DNA of 32,000 bases from Dickeya solani IPO 2222 (GTDB lineage: Bacteria > Pseudomonadota > Gammaproteobacteria > Enterobacterales > Enterobacteriaceae), in contig NZ_CP015137.1 in assembly GCF_001644705.1 (NCBI RefSeq), forward strand, positions 1,950,001 to 1,982,000, written 5' to 3'. Below are positions 17,567 through 26,020 of the stretch, in pieces (within the stretch, counting starts at the first letter, position 1; every line of letters starts with the position of its first letter). The notes under the pieces are model-generated. The model had not been told where the DNA came from, ran no database searches, and worked only from the letters and a program-made list of their open reading frames with translations. Made by a program: the position numbers and the translations under genes.

Positions 17567-20080
17567 TTATTTTTTATCTGAACCCGCATCACGTCGGGTC
17601 GACAGCCTTTTCTCCGCCAGCCGCCGGAGGATCGATGCCAGGCTCAGCCCCACGACCGCCGCCAGCAGCAACGCCGCCAGCGCCAGCAACACCGAGTGCT
17701 GATTGGCGTACCAGACAATCATCATGTACCAGGGCATTTCGCCGCTGGGGAACTGCGGTCCGACCCGGAAACTGCGCACGCCGTTTTCATCGGTGATGAT
17801 GGCGGTATCGCCCCGCACCGCGGCGTTGATGTTCGGCGAGTTCAGGTCGCCATACAACCGCAATAACTGTTCGTCGCCGCTGCCGGTGGCGACCACCACC
17901 ACACGCTCGGGGTTCCACGGCGACCGGTAGCTAAGGAAACCGCGCCAGGCCTCGTTGGACGAGAAATAGCGGTCCGCATCTATCGACGAACGGTCCCAAT
18001 CGCCGGTCAACAGGGTTCGCGCGCGTTCCCATGCGCCCGGCGCCCCGACGCCAAAAGTACGGTCGTTAACCGTGTAGGGCGAACCAGACAGCAGGTTCTG
18101 ATTGAACGCGGCCTGTTGCAGCGTGGTAACCGCCAGCACGTCGCTGTTTTCAAGCTTCTGGCGATCCGCCGCGTTTGCCGGCATGCCGAACATCACACGG
18201 TTGTGATTGAGGCTCACGCCGGTGGCATCGCCGGCGCGGCCAGCCAGATCCAGCAACAAGCCAATTTCGGCGTTGGTGGGTTTTTCCGGCAGTAACATCA
18301 CCGTCTGAGCGTAGTCCGCCTGACGGGTAAACGGAAACGCCACCCCCACGAAATAGGAGAGATTCGGCAACAGAGTGAAGTGGCGCGTCCGGCTCAGATC
18401 GATCGACGCGCTGTCGGCAATCTGGCTCTTGATGTTGTTGTTGAGCAGCACGCTGCAGGGCGCATCATCCCTGGCGCGAATATTGAAATAGAGCTGGAAC
18501 TGGTTGTAGCCGTAAATCAGATACGGATCGACCTTCAGCGTATAGTCTTCCTGACGGGTATCGCCGCCCATTTCACGCCACAGTTGCTGCAACACGCCGA
18601 CTTTGTTCACCGTCAGGTTGCGCAGGAAGGTGCCGTTGAGCATCACGTTCAGGTACGAGCGGCTTTCGTCAATCCAGCTTTCCGACGGGAAGCGGTAGTC
18701 GACTTTCACCGGAATGGTGTCGCCGTCCCACAGGAACAAATCCGGCGCGGCGCGGAAATTGATACGCAACGCCTCATGCCAGAGCCCGCTAACCATCATG
18801 CTTTGATCGTTACGCAACAGCTCGCTCAGCCGTACCGGCCGGTCGGTGCTGATCCAGCGAGGCGCGTCATAGGCGCGACGGAACGGTATGGTCTGCTGCG
18901 CCACCGACAGGGTTGAAGCATCGCCCGTCAATGGCTGGCTGACCAGACGGTACGCGGCCTGCCGCAACTGCTCGTCATCCTTACCCACCACCAGCATCAG
19001 TTTATAAACCGGGTTTACCGGGTTATCGATCAGTTGCAGCGTGGGACCGGCGACCTCCGGCAGCGTCAGCGTGCCCACTTTGTCTCCCGGACGGCCAAAC
19101 ACGATGCCGCTCTTCTCCGGCAACGCATCGCGTATCACCGGGAACGTCACGCCGTAGCCGTCCATCCGCATCCCCAGCCAGGAAGCCACCAGCGATGCCG
19201 CGCCGACCTGCTCGGGGGTGACGCCGGCCGGAAATACCATCGGTACGGTGGCGGGCGTCATCTGCAGCGGGTCGATAAACGGACGCGGGAAATTCTCCAG
19301 CCGGGTGCCGATATCAAGTTGCTGGCCTTCCAGATTCAGGGTGGTGGTCGGCAGAATGGTCAGGTTGTAACGGGTCGCGCTGTCGCGTTCGCACAGCAGG
19401 CGATCGGCGTCATTGATACGAAAGCTCAGGTTGTTGCTGGACACCACCATCGCAGCGGGAATATCCAGCTGAAAAAGGGTGCTGTCGCCAGTGGCGGCGT
19501 TCAGCGGCACGGTGCCCAGCGGCTGACCGTTCAGCATTAGCTGCATCGACGTATTGAGCGCCGCCAGTTCGGGCGACACCCGTAGCGCCAGATCCAGACG
19601 CGCATTGGTCACCACCTGATCGCCGGGCAGGGTAAAAATCACCCCGGCCTGCGCCTGGCCGCCCGCCAGCGTAATCCCGTGCGTTTGCCCCATCTGCGCC
19701 ACGGAGACGCTGCTGGCCAGCGGCTGGTAACCCGTCGCCGTCTGATCGCCGATGGGCGTCGGCAACGACAAGGGAGGCGTCGTCAGCGCGGGAAGATCCG
19801 GCGTCGCGGCTGGCGTTATCGCAGACGGCGTCGCTGGCGAGATAATCGGTGACGTTACCGGCGGCATCGCCGGTAACGCCGTCGTCGGAGCCGGAGCGGA
19901 ATCCGTGACGGGTGCAGGTTCGGTCGCGGCGGGCTGCGGATTGCCGCCGCCGGGGCTGAGCATTGCGGGCAGCGGCTCATCCGCCGCATCACCGGCGGCC
20001 AGCGCCCCGTTGCCGCCCAGCGTCAATACGCTGCCCACGCACAGGGACAACAGCGCTTGCATAAAACGTGGCGTCATCAT
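17567..20080 (-). CDS. bcsB: Cellulose synthase periplasmic subunit BcsB
   Basis: Start chosen at 'MMTPRFMQALLSLCVGSVL' (20080). Its ATG overlaps the bcsA TGA in an ATGA junction. A C-terminal TM anchor is present ('VLLALAALLLAAVVGLSLASIL'). The track start at 20173 lies inside bcsA. Confidence 0.92.
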   Translation of the reverse strand: MMTPRFMQALLSLCVGSVLTLGGNGALAAGDAADEPLPAMLSPGGGNPQPAATEPAPVTDSAPAPTTALPAMPPVTSPIISPATPSAITPAATPDLPALTTPPLSLPTPIGDQTATGYQPLASSVSVAQMGQTHGITLAGGQAQAGVIFTLPGDQVVTNARLDLALRVSPELAALNTSMQLMLNGQPLGTVPLNAATGDSTLFQLDIPAAMVVSSNNLSFRINDADRLLCERDSATRYNLTILPTTTLNLEGQQLDIGTRLENFPRPFIDPLQMTPATVPMVFPAGVTPEQVGAASLVASWLGMRMDGYGVTFPVIRDALPEKSGIVFGRPGDKVGTLTLPEVAGPTLQLIDNPVNPVYKLMLVVGKDDEQLRQAAYRLVSQPLTGDASTLSVAQQTIPFRRAYDAPRWISTDRPVRLSELLRNDQSMMVSGLWHEALRINFRAAPDLFLWDGDTIPVKVDYRFPSESWIDESRSYLNVMLNGTFLRNLTVNKVGVLQQLWREMGGDTRQEDYTLKVDPYLIYGYNQFQLYFNIRARDDAPCSVLLNNNIKSQIADSASIDLSRTRHFTLLPNLSYFVGVAFPFTRQADYAQTVMLLPEKPTNAEIGLLLDLAGRAGDATGVSLNHNRVMFGMPANAADRQKLENSDVLAVTTLQQAAFNQNLLSGSPYTVNDRTFGVGAPGAWERARTLLTGDWDRSSIDADRYFSSNEAWRGFLSYRSPWNPERVVVVATGSGDEQLLRLYGDLNSPNINAAVRGDTAIITDENGVRSFRVGPQFPSGEMPWYMMIVWYANQHSVLLALAALLLAAVVGLSLASILRRLAEKRLSTRRDAGSDKK

Positions 20081-22167
20081 GCGACAACGTCCTCCTTCTT
20101 CAGGTCCGCTTTCCTGCCGCGACCGAACAAACTCATCCAGAAGAACGCGCAAACAGTGCGAACCACCGTCCACAGCGAACGCAAGGGGTGGTCCTGCGGC
20201 CAGGGCGGATTCATCCAGGCATCCGCGCGCGACAGCACCACCCGCACCAGCGCCCGGCGTTGGGCTAGCGGAATATCGACGAATTGCAGGCGAATGATGT
20301 CGTCATCCGCCGCCACCAACTGCACCGGCAGGCAGATTTCGCTGGATTGCAGCAACAGTTCGACGGCTTCAATCTCATCGGTTTTATGACGTTGATCCGG
20401 CGCTTTGAGCTGCACCCCACCCATCGACAGGTTGATGGTGGTGGCGCGGGACGCGATACCACTGGCGTAATGGATGATCGCGGGCACATCCACATCGACG
20501 CGGATGGTTTTGCGCACTTGTTTGGTTTCCCGCGCCACGGCAATCGCCGCCAGCAACGTCAGCAAACTGAGCAACGCCCACACCACGTTCAGCACCATCA
20601 CATAGGGGTCAACGTTGAAATAATCATGCGCCGCGATGCGGGTAATGCCGACCAGAACGCCCGCCCCCAGCAAAACCGCGGCCACAATGTGCGGTCGCAC
20701 GATGCGGAAATCAAAAAAGCCTTCGTCCAGCAGGCCGCCTTTATCGGTCACGTTGAACTTGCCGCGCGTCGGCGAGAACAGGGTGACCAGCGTCGGGATC
20801 ACCAGATGGAACGCCATCACCGTTTCGTAAATCTCGCCCCAGAAGCTGTAGCGAAAACGCCCGTTCATGCGTGAGTTGACGTACATCGACACCACCAGAT
20901 GCGGTAGCGCATAAGCAAAGATCATCGCCGCCGAGGCATGAATGATATTGAGGTTGAACAACAGATAGGCCAGCGGCGCGGTCAGGAACACCACGCGCGG
21001 AAGGCCGAACTGGAAATGCAGCATGGCGTTGAGGTAGCACAGCCGCTGCTGCCAGGTCAGCCCGCGTCCCAGCAGCGGGTTATCGATCCGGAAAATCTGC
21101 GTCATGCCGCGCGCCCAACGGGTACGCTGAATTACGTGCAGCACCAGCCGTTCGGTCGCCAGACCCGCCGCCAGCGGAATCGCCAGAAAGGCGGATTTCC
21201 AGCCTTTGCGCTGCATCTTGATGGCGGTGTGCGCGTCTTCCGTCACGGTTTCTACCGCAAAACCGCCGATCTCATCCAGCGCCGCACGGCGAATCACCGC
21301 GCAAGAGCCGCAGAAAAAGGCGGCGTTCCACAGGTCATTGCCTTGTTGCACCGGTCCGTAAAACAGCGCGCCTTCGTTTGGCATGTCGCGCGCCGCACGC
21401 AGGTTACGTTCGAACGGGTCCGGTGAGTAGAAGTAGTGCGGCGTCTGCAACAGCGCCAGCTTCGGGTCCGACAGGAACGGGCCAACCGTGGCCTGCAGGA
21501 AGATGCGTTTGGCGACGTGGTCGCAGTCAAACACGCAGATCAGCTCGCCCTGGGTCAGTTTGAGCGCATGGTTAAGGTTACCGGCCTTGGCGTGCGAGTT
21601 GTTGTCGCGGGTGATATAACCGATACCAGCCTGCGAGGCGAACACGGCGAACTCGCTGCGCCTGCCGTCATCCAGCAGATAGACTTTTATTTTGTCGCGC
21701 GGGTAGTCGATGCACTGCGCGGCCAGCACCGTATCGCGCACCACATCCAGGCTTTCATTATAGGTGGGGATATACACATCCACCGTTGGCCATAATTCGG
21801 TATCTTCCGGCATCGGTTCAATGACGCGCTCCAGCGGCCAGGCGGTCTGGAGAAAACCCAATAGCAGAATCACCCAGACATAGAACTCAGCAACAAATAA
21901 CCCGATGCCAAGAATGGCTTCAATTTCAGAATTGAAATGCAGGGTTTCGGTTGCCCGCCAGTATATATAGCGTGTAGAGGCCAATATCGAAAGAATAATC
22001 AGTATGACCGTTACCTGCCGGCGCTTATTCAGCCCCAGCAAAAACATCAGCGCCACACTGATCAGACCGAATATATATTGTTTTTCACTGTCCATCGGGG
22101 TGATGACAATCACCGCCGCAACCGGTAGCAATAATAACAACACGGTTAAAAACAGGATTTTTTTCAT
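20077..22167 (-). CDS. bcsA: Cellulose synthase catalytic subunit BcsA (c-di-GMP binding)
   Basis: GT-2 motifs 'DCDH', 'TED' and 'QRTRWARG' (QxxRW). PilZ motifs 'RKTIR' (RxxxR) and 'NLSMGG' (D/NxSxxG). AGGA SD. Confidence 0.96.
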   Translation of the reverse strand: MKKILFLTVLLLLLPVAAVIVITPMDSEKQYIFGLISVALMFLLGLNKRRQVTVILIILSILASTRYIYWRATETLHFNSEIEAILGIGLFVAEFYVWVILLLGFLQTAWPLERVIEPMPEDTELWPTVDVYIPTYNESLDVVRDTVLAAQCIDYPRDKIKVYLLDDGRRSEFAVFASQAGIGYITRDNNSHAKAGNLNHALKLTQGELICVFDCDHVAKRIFLQATVGPFLSDPKLALLQTPHYFYSPDPFERNLRAARDMPNEGALFYGPVQQGNDLWNAAFFCGSCAVIRRAALDEIGGFAVETVTEDAHTAIKMQRKGWKSAFLAIPLAAGLATERLVLHVIQRTRWARGMTQIFRIDNPLLGRGLTWQQRLCYLNAMLHFQFGLPRVVFLTAPLAYLLFNLNIIHASAAMIFAYALPHLVVSMYVNSRMNGRFRYSFWGEIYETVMAFHLVIPTLVTLFSPTRGKFNVTDKGGLLDEGFFDFRIVRPHIVAAVLLGAGVLVGITRIAAHDYFNVDPYVMVLNVVWALLSLLTLLAAIAVARETKQVRKTIRVDVDVPAIIHYASGIASRATTINLSMGGVQLKAPDQRHKTDEIEAVELLLQSSEICLPVQLVAADDDIIRLQFVDIPLAQRRALVRVVLSRADAWMNPPWPQDHPLRSLWTVVRTVCAFFWMSLFGRGRKADLKKEDVVA

Positions 22168-22276
22168 CGATTATCCTGATATTTATATTGATGGAAAACA
22201 TTCGCGCGAGCATGCCTTGCGCTGAAAAAACCAGCCGGAGAATGTCAATGTCGTACGGGTGTAGACTGACCGGCGC

Positions 22277-23092
22277 TTAGTTGGTCGGGACAGCCTGATA
22301 AGCTGGAAAATCGGCGTGAACTTCCCCATTGCCAATCCTGATATCCAGCAGAGCCGCAACGCGTTTTCCGATCAATTCAATATCAAACGCAGCCGCAGAG
22401 ACCGGGCTGAAATCAAAAATGGAGCGTTGGGAGGCATTGGCTTCAGCGACACTCTCGTCGCGGTGTACGCTGCCAATCAGTTTGTCCGGCATACGCTGCT
22501 GAACGAACGACGAAACCTGGCTGCTGATCGCACGGCGGTTATCCGTCTGATTCAGCAGCAGGTAGTAACCCTTTTTCCGGTTCAGACGCTGACCGGTCAG
22601 TTTATTGTCTTCGATATACGGTATCAGCGACAACGACGCGGTATCCGCCATCATCACCACCAGATGCAGGTCGGCCAGGTCGGTCATGGCCTTCAACGCC
22701 GGACTCGGCCCGGGCGGAAAATCCGCCACGATCACCAATCCCGGGTAGTTCATCACCGTGCTAAGGCCGCGCTTGAGAAATAGCGGATCGCTGGCCAGAT
22801 TATGCTCAAACGCCAACCGTTGATCTTCAGTGACGTTGCCGTAGGGCAGCACGAAAATGTTATCGTCCGTGGTCAGGATGGACTGGCTCCAGTCCGCCGT
22901 TTCACTGGATTTGGCGACATAACCGCGTTCATCGCCAAGCGGCACGCCAAAATGCAGGCGCAGAGCGTTCTGCACATCGAAATCAATCGCCAGCACTTTG
23001 CTGCCCCCACGGGCCAGCGTATATGCCAGATTAGCCGCCATAGTGGTTTTGCCGACGCCACCTTTCGGAGAACAAACACAAACTAACGGCAT
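22277..23092 (-). CDS. bcsQ: ParA/MinD-like ATPase BcsQ
   Basis: 271 aa. 'CSPKGGVGKTT' is a deviant Walker A. Located directly upstream of bcsA. Confidence 0.92.
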   Translation of the reverse strand: MPLVCVCSPKGGVGKTTMAANLAYTLARGGSKVLAIDFDVQNALRLHFGVPLGDERGYVAKSSETADWSQSILTTDDNIFVLPYGNVTEDQRLAFEHNLASDPLFLKRGLSTVMNYPGLVIVADFPPGPSPALKAMTDLADLHLVVMMADTASLSLIPYIEDNKLTGQRLNRKKGYYLLLNQTDNRRAISSQVSSFVQQRMPDKLIGSVHRDESVAEANASQRSIFDFSPVSAAAFDIELIGKRVAALLDIRIGNGEVHADFPAYQAVPTN

Positions 23093-23664
23093 AACGCAAT
23101 TTTCTCCAGCAAGGGTTTCAACAACATGGTTTTGGATACCGAATGAATTTCATCATGGCGGTGGCAGCCGAATAACTGGCGGAACCGACCAGCGTCTGAT
23201 GCAACGTTCGTCTCGCTCACCGCGGGTGCAGACGCCAGCAGATGTGGGCGCGCCGTTTCAACCATCAGGGCAGCCGGCTGTGGTGCTGGCGCTACCGGTT
23301 GCGGCACGGGCGCCGATACCGTCTCAGCCGGCGGCAGCGATGCGGCAATAGCATTAAACAAGGAGTGCTGATTGCCCTCGGAAGGGTCAACATTCAAGCC
23401 AGATGATGGCATTACGCGGCGAGACGGCGATGAGGGCGACTCGGGCGCAGACAAGACGTGTTGGCTCACCGGCACAGGCTGCGTGATACTCACCGGTTGC
23501 GCACCGGATAGCGTGTCGTCACCGGTCTGATTGCGCAACAGCTGTTTCATAATGGGCCAGACTACGGTTTCAGATTGCAATACCTGACCGGACATATCCT
23601 TGAAATTAATATCTTTTATCTGGGCTTTGTCCTTAAAGCGTTGCATATCATCATAACTTTTCAT
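23083..23664 (-). CDS. bcsO: Proline-rich cellulose-operon protein BcsO
   Basis: 193 aa. The central part is low-complexity and P/S/A/V-rich ('PVSITQPVPVSQHVLSAPESPSSPS', 'PVPQPVAPAPQPAA'). It overlaps the bcsQ start by 10 nt. Its position and composition match BcsO of type I bcs operons. No SD precedes its ATG. Confidence 0.75.
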   Translation of the reverse strand: MKSYDDMQRFKDKAQIKDINFKDMSGQVLQSETVVWPIMKQLLRNQTGDDTLSGAQPVSITQPVPVSQHVLSAPESPSSPSRRVMPSSGLNVDPSEGNQHSLFNAIAASLPPAETVSAPVPQPVAPAPQPAALMVETARPHLLASAPAVSETNVASDAGRFRQLFGCHRHDEIHSVSKTMLLKPLLEKIALCR

Positions 23665-23841
23665 CTAACTGACATTTCCCTGGAAAAGGGTGACGGCGAA
23701 TATGGCGCTGAGCAACAGCGCAAAAAACAATCTTTTCGGATTAGTCTTATACCGATATTTGTGACGAAGGTAAATTACTCCAGAAAAATAATAAATATTC
23801 TGTAAGTAAACATTTCCCTCTCTAACTGCTTGAAAAGACAT
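23665..23841 (-). CDS. Candidate small membrane protein (58 codons), or interrupted N-terminus of bcsO
   Basis: My own translation gives MSFQAVREGNVYLQNIYYFSGVIYLRHKYRYKTNPKRLFFALLLSAIFAVTLFQGNVS*. The ATG is at 23841 and the TAG at 23667-23665 abuts the bcsO ATG in the same frame. A C-terminal hydrophobic helix follows a basic and Tyr-rich N-terminus. It falls below the 60-aa cutoff of the ORF track. The first 37 codons are AT-rich and atypical for this genome. Confidence 0.3.
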   Translation of the reverse strand: MSFQAVREGNVYLQNIYYFSGVIYLRHKYRYKTNPKRLFFALLLSAIFAVTLFQGNVS

Positions 23842-24125
23842 AATCCATCCGACTGAAATTTCACTGCATAGATAGTTAATCTATGGGTAATCACATAAGA
23901 AATTAATGGATTAACATCGGGTGATAAATAGACCGATGTGAAGATAGCGCAGTGCTCACCTGAAATCCATGATTAAACATTCGCCAAATTGTTAAAATAA
24001 ATTAAATAATCACAGTAACCCCATTCCTCCATTCCATCGACCTTTGCTTTTGCCAGTCCCGGCATCGACCCACATTTGCGCCTCGCAACGGAGCAAGACC
24101 GGTTCCCCGGCCTTTACCGCCAGAA
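23842..24125. promoter_or_regulatory. AT-rich upstream regulatory region of the bcs operon
   Basis: This stretch is much more AT-rich than its surroundings, with many A/T tracts ('AAAATAAATTAAATAATCA'). It lies between the eamA stop and the first bcs-strand ORF. No precise -35/-10 could be assigned. Confidence 0.5.
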
Positions 24126-25034
24126 TCAGGGCTGACGCGCCGGCCGCAGCGGCCATAACCGCGCGCCAAACACATTGACCAGCAACCCCAGCATGACCAA
24201 CAGCGCGCCCAGCAGCTGCCCGGTCGACAGATTTTCGCCCAGCAACGACGCCGCGCTCAGAATGCCGACCACCGGCACCAACAGCGACAGCGGCGCCACC
24301 CGCCAGGTTTCATAACGCGCCAGCAGGTTGCCCCAGATGGCGTAACCAATCAGGGTAGAAATAAACGACAGATACATTAACGCCAGCACGGTAGGTAAAC
24401 GAATGGACGTCAGGCTAGAGACTATCGTGTCTCTGCCTTCAAACAGCCAGGAACACAGCAGGAACGGACCAACCGGAATCAGGGCGCTCCAGACCACCAG
24501 CGACATGGCGTTCACCGGATGATGGCGCATAATTTGCTTGTTGCAGATGTTGCCGCAGGCCCAGGAGGCCGCCGCCGCCAGCGTCAGCAACAGCGTGGTC
24601 AACGTCATACCCGGCAGCGATGCGTTCGCCATATTGCTCTCGGCCAGCACCACCATGCCCAGCGCCGCTACCAGAATCCCCAGCCATTGATTCCATTGCA
24701 GCCGTTCGCCCAACCACCGTGCGCCCAGCATCAGGGTAAAAAACGCCTGCGATTGAATCACCAGCGACGCCATGCCCACCGGCATTCCCATTTTGATGGC
24801 ACTGAACAGAAAGGCGAACTGCCCAAAACTAATGGTCATGCCATACGCCGCCAGCCAGCGCAGCGGCAACGCCGGACGCGGCACCAGCAGGATGGCGGGC
24901 AGCGCCACCAGCAAAAAACGCAGTCCGGCCAGCAGAAAGGGCGGCATATCATGCAGACCGATTTTCATCACCACAAAATTAACGCCCCACACCACCACCA
25001 CGCACAACGCCAGCAACTGATCTTTTATTGTCAT
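24126..25034 (-). CDS. eamA: EamA-type (DMT family) O-acetylserine/cysteine exporter
   Basis: 302 aa. Long identical blocks with E. coli EamA/YdeD ('VVVVWG.NFVV.K.GLH.MPP..LAGLRF', 'RYETWRVAPLSLLVPVVG'). Confidence 0.88.
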   Translation of the reverse strand: MTIKDQLLALCVVVVWGVNFVVMKIGLHDMPPFLLAGLRFLLVALPAILLVPRPALPLRWLAAYGMTISFGQFAFLFSAIKMGMPVGMASLVIQSQAFFTLMLGARWLGERLQWNQWLGILVAALGMVVLAESNMANASLPGMTLTTLLLTLAAAASWACGNICNKQIMRHHPVNAMSLVVWSALIPVGPFLLCSWLFEGRDTIVSSLTSIRLPTVLALMYLSFISTLIGYAIWGNLLARYETWRVAPLSLLVPVVGILSAASLLGENLSTGQLLGALLVMLGLLVNVFGARLWPLRPARQP

Positions 25035-25198
25035 TTTTTTTCCTGCTTTTAAGAATCACACCTGCTGATTAACCTACTGGTAAATCGGTACGGCCGACAG
25101 ACACAGTTGCGTGCAATGACGGGTAATACAGAGCGCCGGTGTAAAATCACGATATCCGGTTACAATCGCCACATCCGGTTTAAGAGGGAAACTCACGC

Positions 25199-25900
25199 AT
25201 GTCCCGCGCCCAACGCCTGCTCGCCCTGATTCAGTTGCTGAGAAGCCATCGTTTCGCCGTGCCCGGCCCGCAGCTGGCGGACAAACTGGGCATCAGCCTA
25301 CGCACGCTGTACCGCGATATCGCCACGCTGCAATCCCAGGGCGCGCCGATTATCGGCGAAGCCGGCCTCGGCTACGTGCTGCAACCGGGGTTCACCCTAC
25401 CGCCGCTGATGTTTACCGACGAGGAGATTGAAGCGCTGGTGCTGGGGTCGCGCTGGGTGGCCAGACAGGCAGACCCCCGCTTGCAGGAGGGCGCCAGAAA
25501 CGCACTGATGAAGATCGCCGCCGTACTGCCTGATGCGCTGCGCGATATGCTGGACAGCACCACGCTGCTGGTGGCGCCGACGAAGCTGACGGCACGCGAT
25601 AGCGTTGACCTGCAACCGCTGCGTCAGGCGATCCGTGACGGACGCAAAGTCACGTTGCATTATCAGGACGGGCAAGGCAACACCTCAACCCGCTTGATCT
25701 GGCCGTTTGTGCTGGGCTATTTCGAACAGGTCCGGGTTCTTGGCGCCTGGTGCGAAACACGTCAGGCGTTCCGCCACTTCCGCACCGACCGCATCCTCGC
25801 CTTTACCGTCGAAGCCGACACTTACCCGGTATCGCGGCGCCGTCTGTTCAAACAATGGCGGGAGCAGCAAGGCATTCGATTGCCCAAAGAAGGCTACTGA
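25199..25900 (+). CDS. YafY family transcriptional regulator (HTH plus WYL domain)
   Basis: 233 aa. N-terminal HTH_11-like 'RLLALIQLLRS...LADKLGISLRTLYRDIATLQSQGAPI'. The C-terminal half has a WYL-type pattern ('KVTLHYQDGQGNTSTRLIWPFVLGYFEQVRVLGAWCE'). Confidence 0.85.
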   Translation: MSRAQRLLALIQLLRSHRFAVPGPQLADKLGISLRTLYRDIATLQSQGAPIIGEAGLGYVLQPGFTLPPLMFTDEEIEALVLGSRWVARQADPRLQEGARNALMKIAAVLPDALRDMLDSTTLLVAPTKLTARDSVDLQPLRQAIRDGRKVTLHYQDGQGNTSTRLIWPFVLGYFEQVRVLGAWCETRQAFRHFRTDRILAFTVEADTYPVSRRRLFKQWREQQGIRLPKEGY

Positions 25901-26020
25901 CAAAAACTGTCAGTGGGGTGAGATAAGGTACGAATACGGCACACAGCCGGACTTTCGAACCCAGGCGGCGTCCCGCAATCATGCAGGACAGCGCCTGTTT
26001 ACCCCTTGACGGAGTGCATC

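Noticed and set aside
22168-22276. 109-bp bcsQ-bcsA gap with a GCCGG/CCGGC stem followed by a U6 run on the minus strand, possibly an internal attenuator
   Set aside because: The stem is only 5 bp and closes a 31-nt loop, so the hairpin is too weak to call a terminator. The gap may simply carry the bcsA RBS or an internal promoter. No supportable small ORF is present; the 40-codon frame here overlaps bcsA out of frame.
23781-23819. 12-codon mini-ORF MFTYRIFIIFLE preceded by GAGAGGGAA, as a possible leader peptide
   Set aside because: The SD-like GAGGG is only 2-3 nt from the ATG, which is too close. The ORF overlaps the 58-codon frame out of phase, and nothing else supports it.
25154-25180. 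Direct repeat ATCCGGTT twice, 19 bp apart, in the eamA/yafY divergent promoter region, as a possible YafY site
   Set aside because: An 8-mer recurring once within about 160 bp is not unlikely by chance. There is no palindromic or extended similarity to support an operator call.
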